64,000 nucleotides of DNA, taken from Faecalimonas sp. (GTDB lineage Bacteria > Bacillota > Clostridia > Lachnospirales > Lachnospiraceae). Positions within the stretch are counted from its first letter, which is position 1. Every line of letters begins with the position of its first letter. The notes beneath the pieces are model-generated. The model had not been told where the DNA came from, did no database searches, and saw only the letters and a list, made by a program, of their open reading frames with translations. The position numbers were made by a program, and so were the translations under genes. Where the stretch lies: positions 4,564 through 68,563 of the forward strand of contig JAZSDK010000065.1 of NCBI GenBank assembly GCA_045531155.1. Reading direction: 5' to 3'. Positions 10,398 through 19,847 of the stretch are shown one piece after another.

Positions 10398-10910
10398 TCA
10401 TAACAGATTCGCCATTATTTGTGCATAAATTTCCTGATTCTTTTTATTCCAGTTGTTTGCAATCGTAGTTGCTTCCTCTTTCGTAGGAACGATTAAAGTC
10501 ATATCGATCAGCGGAGCATCACTCTCAATAATCTGGCAGCGTACCGCATATTCCAGACTGCTGACTTGATAGTAATCTGCTTTCACAGAGATTTCATTTT
10601 TTAATTCATAACGCTTTTCAGCAAGAAATGAATTGATATCATTCTGTATAGCAGGAGAAATATTGTTGCGGAAGAACTTGATTGTATCGGTTCCCTCATC
10701 TGTCAAATGATAGTAGGTACGATTGTGGGTGGTTTCTTCGCGGATAAAACCAGCTTCAACCATTTCAGAGATTGCCTGTTGCAATGTGAAATAGGTGGTG
10801 TAGCCCTTGTCCAAAATAAACTCTGAAATCTGTCCATTTGTTAATGGGAAGTCCAATTTATCCAACATATATAATATGATTAATTTATAGAGTGTAAATG
10901 GTTCTGACAT
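10398..10910 (-). CDS. DUF4364 family winged-helix protein
   Basis: LYKLIILYML...PLTN.QI...YF.LQQ pattern; start at 10910 behind AAGGAG. Confidence 0.75.
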   Translation of the reverse strand: MSEPFTLYKLIILYMLDKLDFPLTNGQISEFILDKGYTTYFTLQQAISEMVEAGFIREETTHNRTYYHLTDEGTDTIKFFRNNISPAIQNDINSFLAEKRYELKNEISVKADYYQVSSLEYAVRCQIIESDAPLIDMTLIVPTKEEATTIANNWNKKNQEIYAQIMANLL

Positions 10911-11830
10911 GAAAACTCCTTTCCTTGCCATATATCAGCATCTTTTAAATATTTTTGCATCGTGTTTAAAACAAGTCGCTTGTTGGCGGTCCACAGTGGG
11001 GCAAGCAAAAGACTTTTCGGACCATCGCCTGTCAAACGGTGCACCACAATATCCGGGCGCAAGTGCGAAAGCAGCTTGCCAAGCAGTATGAAGTACTCGT
11101 CCATAGTTGGCAGATGAAACGGCGACTTCTCATAAATGTCAGCCAAATCCGTACCCTTTAATATATGCAGTAGTTGTAATTTTATTCCATTTATTGGAAG
11201 TCTGTTTAAATAAGAAATGGTTTCCATCATCATATCCTCCGTTTCATGAGGCAGATATAAAATGGTGTGAACAATCACCGTTATACCAATCTTTTTTAAA
11301 TCATAAACGGCTTTTTCAAAAACGTCAAGGGTATATCCTCTTCTGATAAACTTAGCGGACGTTTCGTGAATTGTCTGAAGTCCAAGCTCTACCCATACAG
11401 GTTTTCTTTGGTTCAGACGGAATAGTAAATCTAGAATTTCAGGTGAAAGGCAATCAGGCCTTGTGGCAATGGATAGTACCTTTACATCATCGTCATCCAT
11501 TGCTTCTGTAAAAATCTTTTCCAAATACGAAACAGAAGCATACGTATTTGTGTATGCTTGGAAATAAGCAATATAAGAAGAACCGGCGTATTTCTTTGAA
11601 ACCAGTTGTTTGCCCTGCGCCAACTGTTCTTTGATGGACAGCCTGTGGTCGCTGGCAAAATCACCTGACCCTCCTGCGCTGCAGAAGATGCAACCGCGGG
11701 TGTCGAGTGTACCATCACGGTTTGGACAAGTCATGCCACCATCTAAAGAAATTTTATACAATTTTTCACCAAACGTTTCCCTTATATAATAATCCAAAGA
11801 GTAATGCCGTTTATCACCCCAACGTTTCAT
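10880..11830 (-). CDS. TIGR01212 family radical SAM protein (YhcC/YtqA-like)
   Basis: TCPNRDG..GCIFC, YFQAYTNTY, TRPDC, VELGLQT, HRLTGD. Confidence 0.9.
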   Translation of the reverse strand: MKRWGDKRHYSLDYYIRETFGEKLYKISLDGGMTCPNRDGTLDTRGCIFCSAGGSGDFASDHRLSIKEQLAQGKQLVSKKYAGSSYIAYFQAYTNTYASVSYLEKIFTEAMDDDDVKVLSIATRPDCLSPEILDLLFRLNQRKPVWVELGLQTIHETSAKFIRRGYTLDVFEKAVYDLKKIGITVIVHTILYLPHETEDMMMETISYLNRLPINGIKLQLLHILKGTDLADIYEKSPFHLPTMDEYFILLGKLLSHLRPDIVVHRLTGDGPKSLLLAPLWTANKRLVLNTMQKYLKDADIWQGKEFSCQNHLHSIN

Positions 11831-11898
11831 TTCACCACATCCTTGGTGTTTATCATAGCATTCTTGACAGCGCAAATCAATAAAGAGAAAAAAATAGT

Positions 11899-11926
11899 TT
11901 GATTTCGAATGAAATTCGTGTATAAT
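11899..11926 (+). promoter_or_regulatory. Probable sigma-A promoter of rho
   Basis: TTGATT-N16-TATAAT. Confidence 0.5.
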
Positions 11927-12013
11927 ATAGGAATAGTAGAAACATTCGAGGCGTCAATTCAGACAGATAAATCCCAAAGATAATGTTTTTGAATAGAGAA
12001 AGGATTGTATGAT

Positions 12014-13315
12014 ATGAGAGAAAAGTATGAATCTTTGCCGTTGGCTACTTTGCGTGATTTGGCAAAGGCAAGAGAAATGACAGGTATTAGTACATTGAAA
12101 AAAGCAGAATTAGTGGAAGCAATGCTTGAACAAGACGAGAAAGATAAATTAAAAACAGAAAAAGCGGCAATGGATATTGAGCAATTGGATAGTGGTGAAG
12201 TTGCACATGGTATTCTTGAAGTTATGGGTGATGGTTTCGGATTCATTCGAAGCGACAACTACTTGCCAGGTGAAAACGATATTTATGTATCTCCATCTCA
12301 AATTCGCCGTTTTGGATTGAAGACCGGAGATATTATTACGGGTAATATTCGAATTAAAACACAGCAAGAGAAATTCTCTGCATTATTATATGTAACGAAA
12401 ATCAACGGATATACCACCGCGGAAGCGACACAGAGAAAGAATTTTGAAGACTTAACACCTATTTTCCCAGATGAGAGATTGCATTTGGAAAATGGAAAGA
12501 GCAGTACTGCAATGCGAATTGTGGACCTGCTTTCCCCAATTGGTAAGGGACAGCGTGGTATGATTGTATCACCACCGAAAGCAGGTAAGACAACCTTGCT
12601 GAAACAGGTTGCTCAGTCATTGCTTAAGAATAATCCGGATATGCATATCTTGATTCTTTTGATTGATGAGCGTCCGGAAGAAGTAACAGATATGAGAGAG
12701 TCTATTACAGGAAAGAACGTAGAGGTTATCTATTCTACTTTTGATGAATTGCCAGAGCACCATAAACGTGTTTCTGAAATGGTAATCGAACGTGCAAAAC
12801 GTTTGGTTGAGCATAACAAGGACGTTGTGATTCTTCTTGACAGTATCACAAGACTTGCAAGAGCATACAACTTGATTGTACCACCAAGTGGACGTACCTT
12901 ATCAGGTGGTCTTGACCCGGCAGCTCTCCATATGCCAAAACGTTTCTTCGGTGCAGCTAGAAATATCAGAGAAGGCGGCAGTCTTACAATTCTTGCAACA
13001 GCACTTGTAGATACAGGAAGTAAGATGGATGATGTTGTTTACGAAGAATTCAAAGGTACCGGTAACATGGAATTAGTTCTGGATAGAAAATTGCAGGAAA
13101 AACGTGTATTCCCAGCTATTGATATCCCAAAATCCGGAACCAGAAGAGAAGATTTGCTGCTTAGCCAATCAGAGCAGGAAGCGGTTTATATTTTAAGAAA
13201 AGCACTCAATGGATTAAAACCGGAGGAAGCAGTAGATAATATCTTAAATATGTTTGCACGTACTTCCAATAATGCGGAATTTGTTGAAATGGTTAAGAAA
13301 AACAAATTCTTATAG
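12014..13315 (+). CDS. rho: Transcription termination factor Rho
   Basis: [46 protein letters not shown]. Confidence 0.97.
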   Translation: MREKYESLPLATLRDLAKAREMTGISTLKKAELVEAMLEQDEKDKLKTEKAAMDIEQLDSGEVAHGILEVMGDGFGFIRSDNYLPGENDIYVSPSQIRRFGLKTGDIITGNIRIKTQQEKFSALLYVTKINGYTTAEATQRKNFEDLTPIFPDERLHLENGKSSTAMRIVDLLSPIGKGQRGMIVSPPKAGKTTLLKQVAQSLLKNNPDMHILILLIDERPEEVTDMRESITGKNVEVIYSTFDELPEHHKRVSEMVIERAKRLVEHNKDVVILLDSITRLARAYNLIVPPSGRTLSGGLDPAALHMPKRFFGAARNIREGGSLTILATALVDTGSKMDDVVYEEFKGTGNMELVLDRKLQEKRVFPAIDIPKSGTRREDLLLSQSEQEAVYILRKALNGLKPEEAVDNILNMFARTSNNAEFVEMVKKNKFL

Positions 13316-13322
13316 AAATAAC

Positions 13323-13351
13323 TTGCAATGGAAAAACATTTGTGCTATTAT
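13323..13351 (+). promoter_or_regulatory. Sigma-A promoter of rpmE
   Basis: TTGCAA-N17-TATTAT with extended -10 TG. Confidence 0.6.
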
Positions 13352-13424
13352 ATAAAAGCTGTTTAGAAAAAACAAACCTAATCGCGGTTGGAAATCGCGA
13401 AAAAATGATGAAGAGGTGAATAAA

Positions 13425-13625
13425 ATGAGAGAAGGAATCCATCCAACATACCATCAAGCAACAGTAACATGTAACTGTGGGAACACATTTACAACAGGTT
13501 CTACAAAAGAATCAATCCACGTAGAAATTTGTTCAAAATGTCATCCATTCTACACAGGACAACAAAAAGCTGCTCAAGCTCGTGGTCGTGTTGATAAATT
13601 TAACAAAAAATACGGTATGCAATAA
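13425..13625 (+). CDS. rpmE: 50S ribosomal protein L31 (zinc-binding type)
   Basis: [26 protein letters not shown]; ATG at 13425 behind GAGGTG. Confidence 0.97.
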   Translation: MREGIHPTYHQATVTCNCGNTFTTGSTKESIHVEICSKCHPFYTGQQKAAQARGRVDKFNKKYGMQ

Positions 13626-13639
13626 TATTATGCAAATGT

Positions 13640-13676
13640 ACGGGTTGAGGTTTTCGAATCTCAACCCGTTTGTTTG
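13640..13676 (+). terminator. Intrinsic terminator after rpmE
   Basis: acgggttgag / ctcaacccgt stem followed by ttgttt. Confidence 0.75.
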
Positions 13677-13680
13677 TTAC

Positions 13681-13813
13681 ACAGTTTAGCCATGCACTGT
13701 CGATAAAACGGGAATTGCAAGCTTGATTGCATATAACCGTTTGATTGGCAGTATATGGCGTTCTGCCACAGCGAGAAGTAGCAAAGCGGATTCGAGCTGT
13801 ATGGCTAAACTGT
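13681..13813 (+). repeat. Structured multi-stem dispersed element, subfamily A
   Basis: Closed by acagtttagccat / atggctaaactgt; core nearly identical to the reverse complement of 36340-36396. Confidence 0.85.
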
Positions 13814-13835
13814 ACTAGTAGTGGAGGAAAGTAAT

Positions 13836-14774
13836 ATGAAATCATCAAATATAGGCGGTCAGGCTGTCTTAGAAGGAATTATGATGAAGAATGGTTCGAA
13901 ATATGCTGTTGCAGTACGAAAGCCTGACGGTGAAATTGAAGTAAAAGTAGACGAATATAAAAGTGCAATTAAATGGGAAAAACTAACCAAAATTCCATTT
14001 GTCAGAGGTGCGTTCAATTTTGTAGATTCTCTGGTACTTGGTATGAAAACACTTACATATTCAGCCAGCCTTTGGGAAGAAGACACCGATGAACTGATTA
14101 CGATAGAGGAAGCAGAGAAACAGAAAAAGAAAGAAGATTTGATTATGGGAATTACAATGGTGGTTTCTGTTATTCTTGCCATGGGGCTCTTTATGGTATT
14201 GCCATATTTTATCTCTGATTTGTTTGCAGGAATTATCAAATCTCGTTTCCTTCGAACGGTGTTGGAATCGATTGTGAGAATTTCTCTTTTTATTCTATAT
14301 ATATTAGCGGTCTCCCGTATAAAGGATATTCAGAGGACCTTTATGTATCATGGTGCAGAACATAAATGTATCAATTGTATCGAGAACGGAATGGAATTGA
14401 ATCTGGAAAATGTAAAGAAAAGCTCCAAGCAACATAAACGTTGTGGAACAAGCTTCCTGTTTTTTGTAATGGTAGTAAGTGTGATTGTGTGTTTCTTTAT
14501 TACCGTTGATTCCAAAATACTTCGTATTGTGCTACGACTTGCCTTGCTTCCGGTGATTGCGGGTATTTCTTACGAAATCATTAGACTGGCAGGAAGCAGT
14601 AGTCATCCGTTGGTAGAATTCTTGAGTAAACCGGGACTTGCGATGCAGAATCTGACGACGAAAGAGCCGGAGGATGACATGATTGAAGTTGCCATCAAAG
14701 CGGTGGAAGAAGTATTTGACTGGAAATCATATTTGGCGGATACGCCACACCGAGGAAACACAACGTGTTTTTGA
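13836..14774 (+). CDS. DUF1385 (YqhQ-like) membrane protein
   Basis: GGQAVLEGIMM, YHGAEHK, H.RCGTSF, TTKEP; usual position between rpmE and prmC. Confidence 0.9.
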   Translation: MKSSNIGGQAVLEGIMMKNGSKYAVAVRKPDGEIEVKVDEYKSAIKWEKLTKIPFVRGAFNFVDSLVLGMKTLTYSASLWEEDTDELITIEEAEKQKKKEDLIMGITMVVSVILAMGLFMVLPYFISDLFAGIIKSRFLRTVLESIVRISLFILYILAVSRIKDIQRTFMYHGAEHKCINCIENGMELNLENVKKSSKQHKRCGTSFLFFVMVVSVIVCFFITVDSKILRIVLRLALLPVIAGISYEIIRLAGSSSHPLVEFLSKPGLAMQNLTTKEPEDDMIEVAIKAVEEVFDWKSYLADTPHRGNTTCF

Positions 14775-14794
14775 GGTTGGTTCTGAACAGTCAC
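14730..14794 (+). repeat. Partial (3' half) copy of the structured element, subfamily B, overlapping the DUF1385 3' end
   Basis: 14730-14771 is identical to 41642-41683 (42 nt), with further similarity to about 14802. Confidence 0.9.
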
Positions 14795-14817
14795 GAAAAT
14801 TTCAAGGAGAACCAAGA

Positions 14818-15681
14818 ATGACCTTAAAAGAAGCTTATGAATATGGCCAGGAACAATTGAAGAACGATGAAATCGATGATGCAATTTTGGATGCATGGTA
14901 TCTGCTTGAACATGTGACAGGCATTTCTCGTGCCATGTATTTTATGGATATGAACCGAGAAATCAGTTTGGAACAGGAAACCATGTATCGAACCTATATA
15001 GCCAATCGGGCGAAACATATCCCACTGCAGCACATTACCGGCGTGCAAGAATTTATGGGACTTGAATTCTTTGTGAACGAGCACGTATTGGTTCCAAGAC
15101 AGGATACAGAGGTGCTGGTAGAACGTGTATTAGAGGATTTGGAATCCGATATGCAGATTTTAGATATGTGCACCGGTTCCGGATGTATATTGTTAAGCCT
15201 GCTAAAGCTGTGTGCTTGTCCTAATGTAACCGGAGTTGGGGTAGATATTTCCGAGGAGGCACTTCAGGTTGCGAGACGAAATGCAGAAAAACTGGAAGTA
15301 AATACACAGTTCTTATCTAGTGATTTATTTGAGAAGGTGGAGGGCTTGTATGACATTATCGTATCCAACCCACCTTATATTCGAACATCTGTAATAGAAG
15401 AATTAAAAGAAGAAGTGAAATTTCATGATCCATATCTTGCACTAGACGGCAAGGAGGATGGCCTTTATTTCTATAGAAGAATTGTGGAAGAAAGCCCAAA
15501 GTATTTGAAAAAAGGTGGAAAACTATATTTTGAGATTGGACATGATCAGGGCGAAGATGTGAGCATGCTCATGAAACATGCCGGATTTACGGATGTTACG
15601 GTGAAAAAGGATTTGGCGGGGCTTGACCGAGTGGTCTTTGGCGTGTATAGTTATAGTGATAATAAACAGTGGAGGAAATAA
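14818..15681 (+). CDS. prmC: Release factor glutamine methyltransferase
   Basis: [29 protein letters not shown]; ATG at 14818 behind AAGGAG. Confidence 0.95.
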   Translation: MTLKEAYEYGQEQLKNDEIDDAILDAWYLLEHVTGISRAMYFMDMNREISLEQETMYRTYIANRAKHIPLQHITGVQEFMGLEFFVNEHVLVPRQDTEVLVERVLEDLESDMQILDMCTGSGCILLSLLKLCACPNVTGVGVDISEEALQVARRNAEKLEVNTQFLSSDLFEKVEGLYDIIVSNPPYIRTSVIEELKEEVKFHDPYLALDGKEDGLYFYRRIVEESPKYLKKGGKLYFEIGHDQGEDVSMLMKHAGFTDVTVKKDLAGLDRVVFGVYSYSDNKQWRK

Positions 15682-15682
15682 C

Positions 15683-16753
15683 ATGTTTGATAGATTAGAT
15701 GATTTGCTCATCCGATATGAAGAACTTATGAGTGAATTGCAGGAGCCGGATGTGGCGAATGACCCAGCTCGTTTTCGTAAATTGATGAAGGAGCAATCAG
15801 ATTTGGCTCCTATTGTAGAAGCATATACAGAATATAAGAACGCGAAGCAGGCAATTGTTGACAGCGAAGAAATGCTGGAGATGGAATCTGACGAAGAGAT
15901 GCGTGAACTTGCAAAAGAAGAATTGTATGAATCGAAAAAGCGCGTAGAAGAATTAGAACACGAACTGAAGATTTTACTTCTTCCAAAGGACCCTAATGAT
16001 GATAAGAACATCATGGTGGAAATTCGTGCAGGTGCAGGTGGAGATGAATCTGCATTGTTTGCAGCGGAAGTGTATCGTATGTATTCCCATTATGCAGAAA
16101 GCCGTCATTGGAAGACAGAGATGATTTCCTTTAGTGAAAATGGAATCGGTGGATTCAAGGAAGTTGTTTTCATGGTAAGTGGTCAAGGCGTGTATTCAAG
16201 AATGAAATACGAAAGTGGTGTACACCGTGTGCAACGTGTACCGGAAACAGAATCCGGTGGACGTATTCATACATCTACAATTACGGTTGCAGTAATGCCA
16301 GAGGCGGAAGAGGTTGATGTTGTAATCGATGAAAAGGATATCCGTATTGACGTAATGCGTGCATCCGGAAACGGTGGACAGTGTGTCAATACAACCGACT
16401 CAGCAGTACGTTTAACTCACCATCCAACCGGTATTGTAATCTATAGCCAGACAGAAAAATCGCAGTTACAGAACAAAGAAAAAGCATTCCGTTTGCTTCG
16501 TTCTAAGCTGTATGAATTAGAATTAGAAAAGCAACAGTCTGCAGAAGCAGAAGCAAGAAGAAGTCAGATTGGTACCGGTGACCGTTCTGAAAAAATCAGA
16601 ACTTACAACTTCCCACAAGGACGTGTGACAGAACACCGTATCAAGTTGACCTTGTATAAGATTGATAATGTTATGAATGGTGATTTGGATGAAATCATCG
16701 ATAGCCTAATTGCAGCTGACCAGGCAGCAAAACTGGCAAAAATGAATGAATAA
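15683..16753 (+). CDS. prfA: Peptide chain release factor 1
   Basis: [27 protein letters not shown]. Confidence 0.97.
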   Translation: MFDRLDDLLIRYEELMSELQEPDVANDPARFRKLMKEQSDLAPIVEAYTEYKNAKQAIVDSEEMLEMESDEEMRELAKEELYESKKRVEELEHELKILLLPKDPNDDKNIMVEIRAGAGGDESALFAAEVYRMYSHYAESRHWKTEMISFSENGIGGFKEVVFMVSGQGVYSRMKYESGVHRVQRVPETESGGRIHTSTITVAVMPEAEEVDVVIDEKDIRIDVMRASGNGGQCVNTTDSAVRLTHHPTGIVIYSQTEKSQLQNKEKAFRLLRSKLYELELEKQQSAEAEARRSQIGTGDRSEKIRTYNFPQGRVTEHRIKLTLYKIDNVMNGDLDEIIDSLIAADQAAKLAKMNE

Positions 16754-16772
16754 TTATAAGTGTAGTGAGAAA

Positions 16773-17038
16773 TACGGTGTGAAAAAACCAATATTGGTTT
16801 CACACCGTAATTTTTTGACATTTTATACTTATTAAATTTGGATTTACGGTGTACATTCTTGTTTCTGGTACTCACACCGTAAAAATCATGAGTTATAACT
16901 AAAATTCTTCAAAAATTAGCTTCATTTTACGGTGTGATATAAAGAAAATTCATTATTACCCCGTAGAAGGGTAACAAACCATGGTTAATTAGAAGAAAAC
17001 TTACGGTGTAATGACAAATTTTCAAAAAGTACACCGTA
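16773..17038. repeat. Array of four TACGGTGT-N21-ACACCGTA units
   Basis: Units at 16773-16809, 16845-16881, 16928-16965 (N22, ACCCCGTA) and 17002-17038; gaps of 35, 46 and 36 bp. Confidence 0.92.
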
Positions 17039-17073
17039 AAAGCTTTGCAAGCACAACTAATATGAAACTTTTC

Positions 17074-17619
17074 TTATAACACTCTCACTTCAAAAGCAGT
17101 TGTCTGCGGAGGTATGCTTGCGGTTGTAAAATTGGCATGTCGTACGCGGACGCGCATACCTGGGATGAGTCTTGAGAAATTAATTGGTCGGCCAATGCGG
17201 TCAAAAATCGTAGCGTTTTCAGGTACGTTGAAGCGAATAATAGTAGAAAAATCACGGTCACTGATGGTAGTAAAACTGCGATTATTTCTGTCTACATCTA
17301 AAATATTTCCAATAGTAATATCGTCAGGTCTTTGTCTTCCTCTTATCCGAATTAAATACGCAGCAGTTTGTGGAGGAATGCTTCGGGTAAAGGCTGAAGA
17401 AACAGCTGCATTGATGGTCATTCCTTCTCTTAGCGCATTTACTGTTACAGGAGAACCGTTTGCATTTAAAATAATTGTTCGTGATCTGACAATGAGTGTT
17501 ACAGTTTGCTCATTTCTTTGATTTCCTTGTCTGCTTGTATATGTGATAGTTACAAATGTAGTGCCGCGTTCCGATGTTATGTTTTGGATAACGGCATTTG
17601 TAATATTTGTTACGGGCAT
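17074..17619 (-). CDS. Hypothetical protein with two internal repeats ending T.SIPPQT.A
   Basis: FTRSIPPQTAA and TTASIPPQTTA; start at 17619 behind AAAGGTG (GTG at 17628 is an alternative). Confidence 0.75.
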   Translation of the reverse strand: MPVTNITNAVIQNITSERGTTFVTITYTSRQGNQRNEQTVTLIVRSRTIILNANGSPVTVNALREGMTINAAVSSAFTRSIPPQTAAYLIRIRGRQRPDDITIGNILDVDRNNRSFTTISDRDFSTIIRFNVPENATIFDRIGRPINFSRLIPGMRVRVRHANFTTASIPPQTTAFEVRVL

Positions 17620-17642
17620 AATATTCACCTTTCTTTTTTATA

Positions 17643-17670
17643 TAGTATATGGGAGAAATTAATAAAATGT
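17643..17670 (-). promoter_or_regulatory. Possible sporulation sigma-K/E type promoter
   Basis: Minus strand ACA-N16-CATATACTA upstream of the 17619 start. Confidence 0.45.
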
Positions 17671-17745
17671 TTATTGAATCGTTGTATAAGGAGTGATAGA
17701 ATGTGAAGTAACGATAAATTATGATAACTTACAAGGAGATAAAAT

Positions 17746-18399
17746 ATGGGTAGTTTTTTTAGTTATGATAGTCCATTGATGAGCGCGCTTGGTAAATTAA
17801 CAGATTTGGTTATCTTAAATCTGTTGACGTTGTTGTTTTGTATACCGATTGTGACGATTGGGGCTTCTTTGACAGCCTGTCATTATGTGGCGTTAAAAAT
17901 CAGACGTGGTGAAGGCTATGTAGTGAAGAATTTTTGGAAATCATTTAGGGAGAATTTCAAGCAATCTACAGTCATTTGGCTTGTAGTTAGCATTGGTATG
18001 ATGTTATCAATTTATGTAGCATTATTTTTTAAGGCTGAAGGAACCATAGCATTTATTTCACGTGGTGTACTTTTAGGGGCAGCAGTATTCTGGGGCTTTA
18101 TTGCCTGCTGGGTATTTCCATTGCAGTCTAAATTTATAAATACCATAAAGAATACGATAAAGAATTCATTCCTGATGTCGTTTAAGTATTTATTCCGTAC
18201 CCTTTTGATGTTGGTTATTAATCTGATTCCGATAGTGCTTATTTTTGTTTTGAGTTTTCAATGGTATAGCTTGCTTATCATGTTCGGATTTTCAGTGCCA
18301 ACCTACTTATGTGCAATGCTGTACGATAAGAAGTTTGAGGAACTTGAAGAAATGATTCTGCAAAACCAGGCAGAGGAAGTACAAGAAGGCGCAAATTAA
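17746..18399 (+). CDS. YesL/DUF624 family membrane protein
   Basis: LNLL.LL.CIPIVTIGASLTA, F.KSF.ENFKQ. Confidence 0.85.
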   Translation: MGSFFSYDSPLMSALGKLTDLVILNLLTLLFCIPIVTIGASLTACHYVALKIRRGEGYVVKNFWKSFRENFKQSTVIWLVVSIGMMLSIYVALFFKAEGTIAFISRGVLLGAAVFWGFIACWVFPLQSKFINTIKNTIKNSFLMSFKYLFRTLLMLVINLIPIVLIFVLSFQWYSLLIMFGFSVPTYLCAMLYDKKFEELEEMILQNQAEEVQEGAN

Positions 18400-19700
18400 T
18401 TTGGCCTTCTCAAATCATCTGTTGCAGGATTGTCAATGAGTTCACCATTCTCAGTAAAACGGGAGCCGTGACAAGGGCAGTCCCAAGAACGCTCCTGGGG
18501 ATTCCATTTTAATGCGCATCCCAAGTGTGGACAGCGTTTGGTTGTAGGGGTAAGGAGATTGGTGGTTGCTTCAAAAGCGTTAATGAAAAGTTGTGTTCTT
18601 AGCATGGTTCTCGAAGGAGAGAAAACAGGTGCATAGGAACACACTTTTTTTGCTATCATATCGCGAAGCAGCATCGCAGCTACCATGGCAGAGGTCATTC
18701 CCCATTTATTAAAACCAGTTGCAACATAGAGATTCTCTGTCTTTTTTGAATATGCACCGATGTATGGTACTTCATCCAGAGTCATACAATCCTGAGTTGC
18801 CCAGTAATACCGTGCCTGTGCATCCGGATAATGAGCTGCGGCAAATTCAGAGATTTCCTTCCAGTTTCCGCCGTTTTTTCCTGTTCGGTGGTCTCCCCCG
18901 CCGATAAGCAGGAGGTCATTATAATTGCGGAAGGATAGGCCTTTATCTGCTTCATCCACGTACATACCCTTCACATCCACTGCATTTTCGTAAGCAATTA
19001 CATAAGAACGATGCTGATACATTTTCAAGAAATAACTTCCATGTTTATTTAAGAATGGGAAATGTGTGGTGACTATGATGTTTTGGGCTGTAATGCGCCC
19101 ATGCTTTGTCATGGCGGTATTTGGCATAAGTTCCATTACTTTGGTATGCTCATAAATGGAAAGGCCTTTTGCAATTTCTGCCAGGAATTTTAGTGGATGA
19201 AATTGAGCCTGATTTTCAAATCTTACAGCCCCCACGTTTGACAGTGGGAGTGGCAATTTGTCTACATAGTCGGCAGTAAAATCAAGTTGGTTTAGGGCAT
19301 GCAATTCCTTCTCTAGTTTTGCCGGAGAATTGAGTGAATAGACAAAGTTATCTCTCGTTTCAAAATGGCAGTCAATGTTTTCACAAAGCTTACGGTATTC
19401 CTGTAATGCAGCCACATTTGCATCTAGATACATACGGGCCATTTCTAAACCAAAACGCTTTACTAGCTTGTGGTAAATGAGACCGTGCTGGATGCTGATT
19501 TTTGCAGTTGTGTTCTTGGTAATGCCACTACAAAGTGTGTCTGCTTCTACAAGCACATAATCGATGCCTGACTGTTTTAGCATGTGGGCACAGAGAATAC
19601 CGGTGATGCCGCCACCAATAATTAAAACATCAGTTTTGATGTCCTTTTTTAACTGTTTAAACGTTGGAAATTCTACGGAATCCGACCAAATGGAAATCAT
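18396..19700 (-). CDS. FAD-dependent oxidoreductase with C-terminal Rieske domain (YhfW-like)
   Basis: IIGGGITG, GFNKWGMT, CPHLGC...WDCPCHGSRF; stop overlaps the convergent YesL stop in TTAA. Confidence 0.88.
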   Translation of the reverse strand: MISIWSDSVEFPTFKQLKKDIKTDVLIIGGGITGILCAHMLKQSGIDYVLVEADTLCSGITKNTTAKISIQHGLIYHKLVKRFGLEMARMYLDANVAALQEYRKLCENIDCHFETRDNFVYSLNSPAKLEKELHALNQLDFTADYVDKLPLPLSNVGAVRFENQAQFHPLKFLAEIAKGLSIYEHTKVMELMPNTAMTKHGRITAQNIIVTTHFPFLNKHGSYFLKMYQHRSYVIAYENAVDVKGMYVDEADKGLSFRNYNDLLLIGGGDHRTGKNGGNWKEISEFAAAHYPDAQARYYWATQDCMTLDEVPYIGAYSKKTENLYVATGFNKWGMTSAMVAAMLLRDMIAKKVCSYAPVFSPSRTMLRTQLFINAFEATTNLLTPTTKRCPHLGCALKWNPQERSWDCPCHGSRFTENGELIDNPATDDLRRPN

Positions 19701-19847
19701 ACTATCACCTCTGGATTTAGTATGAAATAAAGAAGTAAAAATATACATAAAATAGGGAAGAAGCAATTGAAGTACAGCTGGAATTAGTATATAGTAAAAT
19801 AGATAGGAAAGAATAGATTGTAAGGAAGAACGAGAGACAAAAAGAAG

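Noticed and set aside
13380-13402. Small hairpin in the rpmE leader as a possible L31 autoregulatory element
   Set aside because: Only a ~7-bp stem is visible; it cannot be supported without an Rfam search.
13681-13813. HDV-like ribozyme (CTTCTCGC and GGCTAA words on the minus strand)
   Set aside because: I could not build the nested double pseudoknot; the simple four-stem fold explains the covariation.
16603-16875. 90-aa minus-strand ORF
   Set aside because: Antisense to prfA and running through the repeat array; no recognisable protein features.
16773-17038. CRISPR array
   Set aside because: The period fits, but only the 8-bp ends of each unit are conserved and there are no cas genes; reported as a different kind of array.
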